Positions 31,349 through 45,499 of a stretch of DNA of 64,000 bases are shown here, piece by piece. The notes beneath the pieces were generated by a model that searched no databases, was not told the DNA's origin, and worked only from the letters and a program-made list of their open reading frames with translations. The stretch lies in the NCBI GenBank assembly GCA_951406725.2, contig OX597817.1:165912001-165976000 (forward strand), given 5' to 3'. This DNA is from Octopus vulgaris (Eukaryota). Position numbers and translations under genes: made by a program. Positions within the stretch are counted from its first letter, which is position 1. Every line of letters starts with the position of its first letter.

Positions 31349-31493
31349 ATATATATATGTGTATGTATGTATATTCATGTGTATATATATATATATATGT
31401 ATATATACACACACACACGCAAATATATATACATACATGTACATATACATACGTACATGTATGTATGCATGTATATATGTATTCATGCATGCA

Positions 31494-31592
<99 letters not shown>

Positions 31593-31844
31593 CGTATAAA
31601 TGTATCTATATTTGCATGTCCCGGCATACAAGAAACGAATACACAATATGCAAGTATGCAATCAAATGATAATATACAATATATATAAAAAATATTCATA
31701 TACTCACGTTCTACAGTTTATAGCCAGTTCTTCTATAAAATATGATATCGTTGGTTGTGCAACAATTTCATAATACTATATTTTTCCAGTCACGCCTGCT
31801 CTACGTACATATGGATATATTATATACATGCACACATACATACA

Positions 31845-31916
<72 letters not shown>

Positions 31917-31917
31917 G

Positions 31918-31959
<42 letters not shown>

Positions 31960-32325
31960 CCTCCCTCTTCTAGCAAGTTTGAGTCACTATTCCATTTTTA
32001 TATCCAGCATAGGATATTTTAACATTTTTTGTTTGTTGTCTGTTCTTGTTGTTTGGTTTTTGTTTTTTTTTTACTGTGGGGGTGTTCGTCTTGAAGTGAA
32101 TCTATTTTGGTAATTGGTAGGGAATGGAAGTAAGGCTTTCGTGTTTTCGTTGTCACAGCTGATGATACGTTGTTGTTGTTGTTGTTGTTGTTGTAGTTGT
32201 GGCTGTGATGCGTTTCTTTGCTTGTGTCCTTCGTTTCGACGTGTAAATTTCTATTTTTTTATATTTAATTTTTTTTCAGCGTTTCCGTTTTTTTTTTTTT
32301 TATTCTAATGTTATTCTAATGTTAT

Positions 32326-32487
32326 TCCCCGTCACTTAGCGGTTCGGCAAAAGAGACCGATAGAATAAGTACTGGGCTTACAAAGAATAAGCCCCGGGGT
32401 CGATTTGCTCGACTAAAGGCGGTGCTCCAGCATGGCCGCAGTCAAATGACTGAAACAAGTAAAAGAGTAAAAGAGTAAAAGAGTAGA
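32326..32487 (+). mobile_element. SINE A 3' half
   Basis: Exact family tail with gtaaaaga repeats. Confidence 0.88.
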
Positions 32488-33032
32488 GTAATGTGGTTAT
32501 TCTAAAGATAGGAGGTAACTTAAATTTCTTCTCTGTACAAGTGTATACAGATATAGACACACATAAACACATACACATACGTCCACACGCATGTATATAG
32601 AAGCACATGCATGCACACAAACACGTCTATATATATGTATGGTGTGTGCGAGTTTAAATGAATGCATTAACGCTCAATTAATTACAAATGTATAGTTATA
32701 TGTATATATGTGAATATGTGTGCGTGTGTGTGTATGTGTGTGCATGTATATCTATCTATATATGTATGTATTTTGGGTTGTGTAATTGTAAGTGTGTGTA
32801 TATATATATATGTATGTATATAGTTATAAATGTATATTTAATCCTTAAAAATTCTATATGCATGTACTAATTCATTATATTCCAATATTTTATAATGCAT
32901 ACATGTATGTATATATATTTTTGTAAAGATAAATACCCATATAGCAATGTATAAATATATGCATCAATATATATATCAGTGTATATGTGTGTGTATGTGT
33001 GTGTATGTGTGTGTATATAGGTATGTGTATAA

Positions 33033-33086
<54 letters not shown>

Positions 33087-33729
33087 CTAAATGTGTGTAT
33101 ATTGTATTATTTTAACGTAAAGTTTGTATGATTATCATTTGATTGAATATTTTTGTTGTCCATTTTTTTGTTGCTTTTTTTAAACTCTTTTTGGTTGTTG
33201 TTCCCCTAAATCCACCCGTTTCTGGGTGGACAAATCGTCCGTATGGATAGCTTTCGCTTTTGCTATCTGGTGGTATGCAAAAAACCTAACTGTCGGGGTA
33301 TCAGTCTATCTTACAACACGCAGCCCACGGACCGCCAAGGAAGGTAAGAGTAGTAGTAGGAGGAGGCGAAATAGGAGGCTTGGCAAAAGAAAAGAGGAAG
33401 AGATAAAGGAAGAGGAAGTGGTCGGAAGAAGAATAGCGATAAAAAAAAAAGGAACACAACGTTGTTGGTTGAAGGTGATAGTGGTGGTGGCGGTGGTTTT
33501 GGCTGTGCTGCTGATGGTGGTGATGGTGGTGGTGGTGGTGGTGGTGGTGGTTATGCTGATTGAAGTTTGTGGTTGGGGTAGGCTAGTGATAAAGTCGATG
33601 CTGTAGTAGTGATCTTGATGTTGTTGTTGTTGTTGTTATTGTTGTTGGGGCGAGGGTAGTGGTGTGAGATTATGATACTTATGATGAAGGTGATCGTGAT
33701 GTTGCTGCTTTTCTTGCCGTTTTGCTGTA

Positions 33730-33775
<46 letters not shown>

Positions 33776-33890
33776 TTGATGCTGAAGGTGGTGGTGGTGG
33801 TGGTGGTGGTGATGGTGATGATGATGAGGATGATAATGATGATGATGCTGGTGGTTGTGGTGATGATGGTGATGATGATGATGGTGGTGG

Positions 33891-33948
<58 letters not shown>

Positions 33949-34046
33949 GGCGGCGGTGGTGGTGGTGGTGGTTTTGGTGGTGGTGATGATGATGATGGTG
34001 ATGATGATGAGGATGATGATGATGATGATGATGATGAGGATGAGGT

Positions 34047-34096
<50 letters not shown>

Positions 34097-34621
34097 GTGG
34101 TGGTGGGGATGATGATGATAGTGGTGGTGGTGGTTGCTAATGGTAGTGTTTGTGCTGCTGACGTTTTGAAGTAGTTGTTGATGTTCATAAAAATGAAAAT
34201 GATGATGATGGTGGTGGTAGTGGTGGTTTCGGGGGTAGTGGTAGTGGTGGTGGTGATGAGAATGATGATGTGGAGAATGATAGTGATAATGATGATGATG
34301 TTGACTATAACAGCGTTGGTGGTCGTGGTGGCAGTGGTAGGGGTTGTGGTAGTAGCAGTGTTGGTTGTAGTGGTGATTGTAGTGGTGATGCTGATAATGA
34401 TGATGATGATAATGATGATGATGATTATGATGATGATGTGATGATGATGATGATGAAGATGATGGTGGTGGTGGTGGTGGTGGTGATGATGATGGTGATG
34501 ATGTTGATGATGATGATGAATATGATGATGATGATGGTGGTGGTGGTGGTCGTGGTCGTGGTAGTGGTGGTGGTGGTGGTGGTTTTGATGATGATGGTGA
34601 TGATGATGGTGATGATGATGG

Positions 34622-34653
<32 letters not shown>

Positions 34654-34690
34654 GTGATGATGGTTGTGGTGCTGGTGGTGCTGGTGGTGG

Positions 34691-34725
<35 letters not shown>
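33730..34725. repeat. Compound (GAT)/(GGT) trinucleotide array
   Basis: Direct reading; source of the poly-M/V/H/I ORFs. Confidence 0.95.
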
Positions 34726-35082
34726 AAAACTGTAAGTCGAATACATAAGATAAAAAAGATAAAAATAGCCGTTAAATAGTAGTAGTAGTAGTAGTAGTAG
34801 TAGCAGCAGCAGCAACAGCAGTAGTAGTAGTAGTAGTTGTTGTTGTTTACTGTTGTCGTTGTGGTTGATATACCAGGTGCAGTAGGCGAAGAAGGAGGAA
34901 GAGGTAAAGAGGAAGGCGCACAAAGATGAAGAAGCGAAGGAGGATAAAGAGAGGTTCTTATGTACTTATTCAAAAATATTTTGCAAAGTTTTAATTTGTG
35001 TATTGTATATATTAAGGTGGTAGCAGTCGGCTCCATAACTACACACACACACACACACACACACACTATATATATATATATA

Positions 35083-36597
35083 TATCGCCCAATCTCACTC
35101 ACCTCGCACATCATTAAAGTGTTTGAAAAAGTGTTAAGATCAAGGATGGCTGACTTCCTGGAGACCCACAAACTCCTAAATGCAAATCAGCATGGCTTCC
35201 GCTGTGGCAGGGACTGTCTAACACATCTCTTACACCACATTGAAGATGTACTCAAAGCCTTGGGAACAGGTTCGAACTCTGACGTCATATATCTTGACTT
35301 CAGTAAAGCGTTCGACAGGGTAGACCATATTATCCTACTCTCAAAATTGGCAAATGTTGGAATCCGTGGAAAAGTTCTACACTGGATTAAGTATTTCCTG
35401 GCGAATAGAACACAACATGTTGTAGTTGATGGAGTCCACTCAAGCCCAGCAAAAGTCACCAGCGGTGTTCCCCGGGGGACTGTTTTGGGTCCGCTACTCT
35501 TCATAATTTACATAAACGACCTTTCCAGGGTCGTACATTACTGCAAAGTGAAAATATTTGCTGATGACACTAAGCTCCAGCAAATCGTCAATGAAGAAGC
35601 AGACCGAACTCAACTCCAGTCTGATCTATATGCTGTGAGTCAATGGGCAGACAGAAACAAAATGCAACTGAATGAGGGAAAATTTGAGCTGATGCAGTTT
35701 TGGAAGAAATTCCTCACTAAAACAACCATACTCTCTTCCTTCAGGGGAACCGCTCACAGCCTCCAACAATATCAGAGACCTGGGTGTAATTGTTGATGAC
35801 GATCTCAGTTGGAGTGCACACATCAACAAGAAGGTCGATATAGCTCGTAGGATGAGTTCCTGGATCTTAAGAACTTTCCGGTCCAGAGAACAAGGTGTCA
35901 TCATACCACTTTTCTCCTCCTTTGTACGGCCACACCTTGAATACTGCTGCCCACTGTGGTCTCCCCATACAAGACAAAACATCTCCAGGATTGAGTCACC
36001 CCAGAGGGCACTCACTAAACGAATTGAAGGCATGGCTGCTCTCGATTATTGGGATCGCCTTAAAGCCTTGAAACTTTACTCCCTCCAGCGTCGCCGTGAG
36101 CGGTACATCAATTGTACGATGTGGAGAATATACCGCCAACTTTGCCCAAACGACCTTAACATTAGCTTCAAGGTTCATCCAAGACTGGGACCACGGGTCA
36201 TACGTCCCCTGCCCAATTCAAGATCACAACATACATGTACACTGCAACATAATTTCTTTTCCTCAACAGGCCCTGCCCTATTTAACATTGTCCCGAGGGA
36301 GATCAAAGAGGAAAAGGAATCCATCAACTTTAAACGGAGTCTGGATAGATTCCTTCAAAGAATACCAGATAAGCCACCCATAATTGGATACAATTCACCC
36401 AACAAGAACTCACTACTTGAACAAAACTTGATATAACTCACCCAACGAGAACTCACTATTTGAACAAAACTTGACTTAAACAAAACTTGACTTAAACAGG
36501 ATTCGAATAATCCTATCAGGTGGTGCTATTAAGTTAGACATGGCCTGGACCAATCTTTGGTCGAAACATATCTAAGTTATCTAAGTTATCTAAGTTA
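35083..36597 (+). mobile_element. 5'-truncated CR1-clade LINE with RT domain (frameshifted)
   Basis: YRPISLTS, NQHGFR, YLDFSKAFDRVDH, GVPRGTVLGPLLF, FADDTKL; +1 frameshift near 35697; same family as 25062; tail (tctaagtta)3; TA on both sides. Confidence 0.95.
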
Positions 36598-36606
36598 TAT
36601 ATATGT

Positions 36607-36840
36607 AAAGGTTAAATTTATAAACAATTTATAAGCAAGTGCAAAAGAAAAAAATTCTAATGCCAAAATATGCCGAAAATAGACACAACATCAATAACCA
36701 TGAAATTTATCACTACTAGCACGTGTTTCGAAGAAAGCCGACAGAAATTTCTTTAAAATTCCGTTATTACCATATCGAACCCGATTTCAGATTTAGTTCA
36801 TAAGAACCTTCTCTTCATCAGTGATAAATGCGGTAAAGAA
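36607..36840 (-). mobile_element. PLE-like end with a hammerhead-like motif (36705-36829); truncated second copy at about 43770-43965
   Basis: atttatca-CTGATGA-agagaag...ctttcttc-GAAAC-acgtg...gta-g-tgataaat, with one extra base after the cleavage triplet. Confidence 0.55.
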
Positions 36841-36877
36841 ATAAGTGAAATACTTACTTATACCCATGGAAGAAGCG

Positions 36878-36918
<41 letters not shown>

Positions 36919-36920
36919 TA

Positions 36921-37155
36921 TCTTCCGGTCGTTTCTTTCCTGTTAAACCGCTAATCCCTACTCATTTTTATCTCTCTCCGTTTTTTTTTTCTTTTCGTTC
37001 TCTCCATTTTTTTCCTCTCATTCCTTTTTGACGAAAAGCATCGGCTCGAAACGTCAAATTTTTTTTCATTCTTCCCGAGCGTTAAACTAATACATCTGAT
37101 TATTGTTCCCTTGCCTGTCATCGTCTTTTGTTTTCTGTAAATTTGAACAATATAC
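36921..37155 (+). mobile_element. Short hammerhead-bearing PLE-like family, copy 1
   Basis: ttt-TTGACGA-aaagcatcggctc-GAAAC-GTC-aaa (37025-37058); downstream ttcccgagcgttaaactaatac is shared with 47295-47480. Confidence 0.7.
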
Positions 37156-37311
37156 TTTTAGGTAGTTTAAGTCTTGATATAAACAAAAACAATGTTCTCT
37201 AAAACATTTATTGAGCATTCCTTACTTATCCATTCGATATTAATAACATACGTGTGCAAATACGCTCACACATACATACATATATACATACATACAAGCA
37301 TACATACATAC

Positions 37312-37471
37312 GGCTATGTGGTAAATAGCTTGCTTAACAACCACATGGTTCCGAGTTTAGTCCCACTGCTTGGCACCTTAGGCAAGTGTCTTCTACTATA
37401 GCCTCGGGCCGACCACAGCCTTATGAATGGATTTGGTAGACGGAAACTGAAAGAAGCCCGTCGTACATATG

Positions 37472-37553
<82 letters not shown>

Positions 37554-37740
37554 TGTGTCTGTTCGTCCCCACCCCCAACATCGCTTGATAACCGATGCTG
37601 GTGTCTGTACGTCCCCGTAACTTAGCGGTTCAGCAAAAGAGACCGATAAAAGAATAAGTCTTCGGGTTTGATTTGCTTGACTAAAGGCGGTGTTCCAGCA
37701 TGGCCGCAGTGAAATGACTGAAACAAGTAAAAGAGTAAAG
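37312..37740 (+). mobile_element. SINE A
   Basis: Head, internal TA/TG tract and tail present. Confidence 0.9.
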
Positions 37741-37887
37741 AATATACATACATACATACATACATACATGCATGCATACATACATGCATGCATACATAGT
37801 ACATACATACATACATACATACATACATACATACATACATACATACATACATACATACATTGATACATACATACATACATACATACA

Positions 37888-37920
<33 letters not shown>

Positions 37921-37944
37921 GCATACATATAAATACATATAAAC

Positions 37945-38975
37945 CATGATGACATTCGTCATCAGCCGCCTGGACTTCTGCTCCCATCTACGGTCACCCC
38001 ACACTGTAAATTTAACAGCGGACCTTGAAGCAATCCAGCGAATCTTCACAAAGAATATCGTCTCATTGCAACAGCTCAGCTGCTAGGAAAGCTTGAAACA
38101 GCTAAGACTCTACTCCCTGGTATGAAGGCATGAGAGATATGTAGTAGTACACATCTGGAAGATCCTGGAAGGGATTGTGCCAAATTTTAGCATTGAAAGT
38201 TACACAAATGCCAGGACGGAAGCCACTGCTCTGTGCCAAAGATCCCAACAATGACGTCGCGTTTCAGGATCAGTTACTGCAACAGCCTGGGTTTCAAGGG
38301 CCTACAACATTTTAATATTCTGTCAAAGAGCCTGAGGGACCTTCACAAAGTGGATATAGGTGTTTTCAAACCAAAACTGGATCTCTTCCTGTCGAGTCCC
38401 AGATGAACCTACCTCGCTGCAGGAAGCGCAAATTAGGGCAGCGATATCAAACTTCCTTATTGAATAAATGTTACAGGCGCAGGAGTGGCTGTGTGGTAAG
38501 TAGCTTGCTTACCAACTACATGGTTCCGGGTTCAGTCCCACTGCGTGGCAACCTGAGCAAGTGTTTTCTACTATAGCCTCGGGCCAACCAAAGCCTTGTG
38601 AGTGGATTTGGTAGACAGTAACTGGAAGAAGCCCGCCGTATATACGTACATGTATATGTATAGATGTGTCTGTGTTTGTCCCCCCAACATCGCTTGACAA
38701 CCGATGCTGGTGTGTTTACGTCCTCGTAACTTAGCGGTTCGGCAAAAGAGACCGATAGAATAAGTACTACGCTTACAAAGAAAAAGTCCTGGGATCGATT
38801 TCCTCGACTAAAGGCGGTGGTCCAGCATGGCCGCAGTCAAATGACTGAAACAAGTAAGGGAGTAAAAGAGTAAGAGTTTCAGAGGAGGCTCTCAATAATT
38901 AACAGTGTAGCAAAACTGCGGTGCCCCAGCATGGCCGCAGCTTTGAACTGAAACCGATAAAAAAATAAAAGAAAG
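37945..38975 (+). mobile_element. Decayed CR1-clade LINE 3' end (another family), split by a SINE A
   Basis: FVISRLDFCSHLRSP...LEAIQRIFTK...LRLYSLV*RHERY...IWKILEGIVPN. The 3'UTR resumes at 38877 and ends gcggtgccccagcatggccgcagctttgaactgaaac. Confidence 0.85.
38476..38876 (+). mobile_element. SINE A, full length, nested in the LINE
   Basis: ggcgcaggagtggctgtgtggtaag ... gactgaaacaagtaagggagtaaaagag. Confidence 0.92.
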
Positions 38976-38999
38976 AATGAAAGAATATATATATATCAA

Positions 39000-39186
39000 T
39001 GCGTGGCGGTATTTAGTTTGTCTGCACGTTCTGGGTTCATATTCCACCGAGGTCGACTGCGCCTCTCATGCTTTCGGAGTCGGTAAATTAAGTACCAGTG
39101 AAACACTTGGGTCCATGTAATCGACTAGTCCCATGCCCCACCCAATTCCAGGCCTTGTGCTTTTAGTAGAAAGGATTATTATTATT

Positions 39187-39218
<32 letters not shown>

Positions 39219-39307
39219 TATTATTATTATTATTATTATTGTTATTATTATCATTATCATTATTAGCATTATCATTATCATTATTAGCATTATTATTATT
39301 ATTATTA

Positions 39308-39353
<46 letters not shown>

Positions 39354-39995
39354 CATTATTGAAAGGCGGCAAGCTGACAGAAACGCTGGGCGAAATGCTT
39401 AGTGGTATGTCGTCTGCCGTTACGTTCTGAGTTCAAATTCCGCCGAGGTCGACTTTACCTTTCATCCTTTCGGGGTCGATAAATTAAAGTACCAGTTACA
39501 CACTGGGGTTGATGTAATCGACTTAATCTCTTTGTCTCTCCTTGTATGCCCCCTCTATGTTTAGCCCCTTGCTGGCAATAAACAAATAAGAATCGTTAGC
39601 ACGTCGGGCAAAATGCTTAACGGCTTTTCGTATGTCTTTATGTTCTGGGTCCAAATTCCGGCGAGGTCGACTTGACCTTTTATCCTTTCGGAGTCGATAA
39701 ATTAAGTACCTGTGGTACACTGAGGTCGATGTAATCGACTAGCGCCCTCCTCCAAAATTCGTTACCTTGTACCAAGATTTGAAACCAATATTACGCATCA
39801 CCAAAACGGCGAATTGATAGATTGCTTAACGGCATTTCGTCTGTCTTCGTGTTCTGAGTTCAAACTTCGCTGAGGTTTACTTCGCTTGTCATCCTTTCGT
39901 GGTCGATAAAATAAGTACCAGTTGAATACTAGGGTCGATGCAAGTCGACTTACTATCCAAAGCTGCTGAGCTTGTGCCTAAATTCGAAATCAATA
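39000..39995 (+). mobile_element. Cluster of four SINE B copies with a (TAT)n tract
   Basis: Repeated gttctgagttcaaattccgccgaggtcgac core. Confidence 0.85.
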
Positions 39996-40160
39996 TTAAA
40001 TATCACCGCTAATGTTGACTGTGGTGGTGATGGTGATGGTGGCAGTTGTCGTTGGTGTAATTGTTGCTGTGACGATAGCTCTTATGATGCACAAGGGGAA
40101 TATTGTAGGGATGCGTATAGTGGTGGCGTTGATGGTGATGGTCCGGATGGTTGTAGTATA

Positions 40161-40191
<31 letters not shown>

Positions 40192-40244
40192 ACGACGACG
40201 ACGACGACGACGATGAAGTCGACGAGGCCGACGACAGCTGATAC

Positions 40245-41005
40245 TCAATGCGGTTCTGATACACGATGTGCTGGTTGCTGGTCCACAAGTGGCACGCCCC
40301 GACTGGTGCTCACAGCAGCTCATTCCACTCCGGTGGCTACAGGCCAATGACAACTGGGCTTCCGCAGCTATAGTCTGCGTTTGCAAATCATTGGTTGAAG
40401 CGGTAGACAACCGCTCCCCCCCCCCCCCCCGACCTGACAATTAGAGAATTGCAACAAATAGCAGCCCTAGTAGCAGCTGGCAGGATTTTGACGGTGATTG
40501 GGTGCCGGGCCATTGCAATCTCCGCGTCAATGAACTCGCAGATATGCAGACGAAACGTGGCTCGGCACTGCCACAGCCGGATACAGCCATCGATACAGCC
40601 ATTTAGTCGGGCGGTTATTCGTCGAACGTTCCAGCCAACGCCAATTCAACACCCCCGTCTGAAAGAAGTATTCACGAAGAAGCCGGATAAAAGAACCGAA
40701 GCAACCTTCTCGAAGGCAGACTTCACAGACGTGATACGCTTCCGTAGTGGCCATCATGCGGCACTCAGGCGGTGGCAAAAGATTGCAGGACGCAGTGACA
40801 CAGATCAATGCAGACTCTGTAACGAGGAGGTGGAATCTGCAGAACATCTCTGGCTGAGACGTCCGGCCCTGATAGTGGAACGCTATATCCGCCAACTAGG
40901 GGCTACAATGGTTGAGATAATTCGTCTCCCTTCCGAGGGTCTAGCGCTTCTGAGAGTTATCCTCAGGCGCTTGAGGTGACCAAAAGACAAAAAAACAAAA
41001 AACCC
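40245..41005 (+). mobile_element. RNase H-bearing LINE 3' remnant (I/Ingi/Nimb-like)
   Basis: WVPGHCNLRVNELAD starting at 40499 (different frame from ORF 40449), then RFRSGH...CRLCNEEVESAEHLW; stop followed by an A-rich tail. Confidence 0.8.
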
Positions 41006-41317
41006 AGAAAGACGACTACGAGTTTGGTGGTAATCACGATAACGATACCGACGACAATTCGTCGACAACGACGGTGGTGTTGATGATGATGATGACGACG
41101 ATGATGATGGTGATGATGATGGCGGCGATGGAAATAGATGTGGACAATTTTGATGATGACGACGACGACGACGAAGATGATGATTGAATCGGAAGCGTTA
41201 GTGATAGTTGCGGCAGTGAAGGTTGTTGTAGCGATGCTGACTCAGAGTATTATCAGTTCTGCTGGTGGTGGTGGTGGTTGTAGTGGTGTTGATGGCTGTG
41301 GTTGTAGTGTTGGTGGC

Positions 41318-41356
<39 letters not shown>

Positions 41357-41483
41357 GGTGGTGGTGGTGGTGGTGGTGGTAGAAGTAGTAGTAGTAGCAA
41401 TAGTAGTGGGAGGAGGGGAAGGGACCGGAGGAGGTGGAGCAGGAGCAAGAGGAGAGAGGGCGACAACGACGAGAAGCAGTAGT

Positions 41484-41563
<80 letters not shown>

Positions 41564-42279
41564 CGGGGCTATTGGTGTTCTGTTGCCACTGGTTTCTAGC
41601 AGACCTATGATGATTAGAAACTCTTTTCGTCGTGAGCAGCCTATGTATTTTCAGGCTTGGTGGTGAGTGGTGGTGTTAGTAGTTTTGATACTGAGACATT
41701 ACTGGTGGAGATGTCGGTAGTGTAGTGTAAAAGTCACGTTTATGGTGGCGGCACTCTTGACGTTAGTGTTGGAGTTGGTAGTGACAGACGTTGTTTCGGT
41801 GATAATAGTGATAGAACTAGAACTAGTGTTAATAGAGATTGTGGTGATAGTGGAGGTGGTAGCGGCGGCGGCGGCGGTGGCTGTGGCGGTGGTGGTGGAG
41901 GATTGTCGTGGCGGCGGTGGTGGCGGCGGTGGTGGCGGCGGCGGTGGTGGCGGTGGTGGTGGTGGTGGTGGCGGCGGCGGTGGCGGCGGTGGTGGTGGTG
42001 GTGGTGGTGGCGGCGGTGGCGGCCGCGGTGGTGGCAGCGGTGGTGGTGGCGGTTTTCGGTGGTGTTGGTGGCGGTTACGGTGGTGGTGGTGGTCGGTGGT
42101 GGTCGTCGTCGTCGTCGTGGTCATGGTGTTTGTCGTTGTCGTCGTGATAATAATATAGCGATGGTAGTATAGGTGCTGTTGTCGAGGGTGGCTAGCAGTA
42201 CCGATAATGATATTAGAAGTACTACTTGGCAGTTAGGGTGGTAGTAGCTATATTTAGCTGATAAAGGAAGTGGATGCGT

Positions 42280-42322
<43 letters not shown>

Positions 42323-42949
42323 GGTGGTGGTGGTGGTGGTGGTGGTGGTGGTGATTGGAGTGGAATTTAGTAGTATTGGTGGAAGTGGTGTTCGTGTTGG
42401 AGGTGATAGTAGTAGTAGTAGTGGTGGTGGTGGTGGTGGTGGTGGTGGTGGTGGTGGTGGTGGTGGTGGTGGTTAGAGTGGAATTTAGTAGTATTGGTGG
42501 AAGTGGCGTTCGTGTTGGAGGTGATAGTAGTAGTAGTAGTAGTAGTATGATGATGGGTGGGGCGGCTTAGATAGAAATAGAAGCTAAGATAAGGCGATAG
42601 GTGATTTCGTAGCGGTGGGGAGCCTGGTGGCGGATATCTGTAAAGGGGGTGGAGGAAAGACTATGAAGGTGGGTTGGTGATAAGACACGAAGAAGAAGAA
42701 GAAGAAGAAGAAGAAGAAGAAGAAGAAGAAGAAGAAGAAGAAGAAGAAGAAGAAGAAGAAGAAGAAGAAGAAGAAGAAGAAGAAGAAGAAGAAGAAGAAG
42801 AAGAAGAAGAAGAAGAAGAAGAAGCATGGAATATTGTGTAAGTATGGTTGTGTAATATATATGAATACATACATAAATATATGTGTATGTATGTAGTTGG
42901 GTGTGTCGTGTCAAATACAGGTAAATAGATAGGCAGATAATTAGGTAGG

Positions 42950-43026
<77 letters not shown>

Positions 43027-43306
43027 TGAGTGAGTGAAAGAGAGCGGGGCAGACAGAGACAAGGTGAGAGAGTTAAACAGACAGACGGACAAACTGACAA
43101 ACAGTAAATGAGAATTGCTAGAGGATTGAGAAGTTGCTAAAGAGACAAGTATAGAGGGACAAAGTTTAGGGGACTGGGGGTAGATAAGAAGAATGAGATA
43201 AATATACTCTTAGTGGGGTAGAGAGATATGTTAACATGCTTCTGTATGAATGTATATTTGTATGTGTGTATATATATATATATATATTTAAAGGAAATGT
43301 GAATAT

Positions 43307-43603
43307 AAAAGGAAATGAAGAAAATGCTGACAAAATAATTTAAGTAAGGGAGAGTGTATTTAATTAGGTGAAAGTTCTTTTTACCGGTTGCGCATTTGTT
43401 ATGCTTATCAAAAGATATTTTTAAAGAGATAGAGTTCCTTTCTGATAGATTTTTTAATCTATCAGAAAGGAACTCTATCTCTCTTAAATAAATATCTTTT
43501 GATAAGCATAACAAATGCGCAACCGGTAAAAAGAACTTTCACCTAATTAAATACACTCTCCCTTACTTAAATTATTTTGTCAGCATTTTCTTCATTTCCT
43601 TTT
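43307..43603. repeat. Near-perfect palindrome, ~145-bp arms, 4-bp spacer, with a degenerate hammerhead in each arm
   Basis: 43307-43451 / 43456-43603; ctt-TTGATAA-gcat-aacaa-atgc-GCAAC-cg-GTA-aaaag; (TA)n on both flanks. Confidence 0.92.
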
Positions 43604-43640
43604 TTTATATATCACAACTCGTGTTTCACATCTCCTTTTT

Positions 43641-43689
<49 letters not shown>

Positions 43690-43963
43690 AATGAAGGATA
43701 AAACTTTTTTCGAAAAAAATTCTTTCCCCAAAAAATTTTATCAATGGCCAGCATATTAAAAAATACTTTTAAAGGTTAAATTTATAAACAATTCATAAAT
43801 GAGGGCAAACGAAAAAGTTTCTAATGCCAAATATGCCGAAAAATTGGACATATTGTCCATTAACCATATAATTTTTTCACAATACGCACGCTACTCGAAA
43901 AAAGGTGGACAGAAATTTCTAAAAAATTCCATTATTACCATATCGGACCGATTTCTATGAATT

Positions 43964-44040
<77 letters not shown>

Positions 44041-44158
44041 TATTTAATCATGTCAAAGGGCAATGGAATTTAATTAAAATTAAAACATTCAATCAAAATT
44101 TACATTTCCAGTGGTCTAACGTGCAAAAAAAATTAGTCAAGAAGACTATATATTAGTC

Positions 44159-44317
44159 ATACGATATAATGTATATTTAAACACATAAGGAATCCACTTA
44201 TAGCACGCTAAAAAAAACCCGTTATTTTTGTGGCTCACAAACCTAGTTGTTCTTTCTAGCGTGCTGAATTCCCTATAAGTGGATTCCTTATGTGTTTAAA
44301 TATACACTATATCGTAT
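44159..44317. repeat. Inverted repeat, 45-bp arms plus an inner 9-bp stem
   Basis: 44159-44203 / 44273-44317; agcacgcta/tagcgtgct. Confidence 0.85.
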
Positions 44318-44370
44318 ATATATAAGTATATAGATATGTTTACACACTCATACATCTATATCTAAGTCTG

Positions 44371-44435
<65 letters not shown>

Positions 44436-44913
44436 GTAGAGAGGCAAGTTTTGTCTAGCGAATGTTTTAAAAAAAGATGGGTGAGTGTAGCAAGAATGGC
44501 ACGTATGAATGACGAAGCCACCTTGAGCATGATCCCATGAACCCAGAAATTGAAAACAGAGAGTTGCTTATTCGCAAAAAAAAAAAAAAAGAAATATAAC
44601 ATGTGACTCCATTGACCGAGGTTACCGTGGTCTTTTCCATAGGCTTTTCTTTCCACGGGTAAACCTCACCTGTCCTCCCCTTTACACTTCATATTGACAT
44701 TTCTGTGATAACGATCCCTATTGATCAATTTTTTTTCCTCTCCCCCTTTTTTTTTTAACCCCCCTTTTTTTTGTCCTCTTTCTCTCCTTTTACGATCCCT
44801 TTTGATCGAAACTCCCCCTTCCTTTTTTTTTTTTTTTTAAACCTTCAAAAGAAAAGCTCTACCTTGTAATTTGTTCTATCTGTGTGCAGCCTTGTGTGGC
44901 TAATAAAGAAACA

Positions 44914-44988
<75 letters not shown>

Positions 44989-44989
44989 A

Positions 44990-45041
<52 letters not shown>

Positions 45042-45064
45042 AATCAATCTATCTATCTATCTAT

Positions 45065-45108
<44 letters not shown>

Positions 45109-45128
45109 ACATATATATATATATATAT

Positions 45129-45408
45129 CGGTTGGAGGATCGCGGTTTCGATTCCCAGACCGGGCGTTGTGTGTGTTTATTGAGCGAAAACACCTAAAAG
45201 CACCACGATACTCTGGTAGGGGGTGGTGGCGACCCCTGTTGTACTCTTTCGTCCCAACATTCTCTCACTCTTTCTTTCTGTTTCTTGAGTAACGCTGCGA
45301 TGGACTGGCGTCCCGTCCACCTGGGGGGGGGGGAGACATACGTCATAGAAACCAGGAAACCGGGCCCATGAGCCTGGCTAGGCTTCAAAAGGGCGCATAA
45401 ATAAATAA
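45129..45408 (+). mobile_element. SINE C head with a Meta/V-like central domain and (TAAA)n end
   Basis: C head followed by ctgcgatggactggcgtcccgtccacctggggg...gaaaccaggaaaccgggcccatgagcc. Confidence 0.7.
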
Positions 45409-45499
45409 GATATATGCCCATACGCCCATCGAAACACATGCACATACACACATACGCACAAAACGCATAATTAAACGATTGAGTACAACAAAAGGCGTT

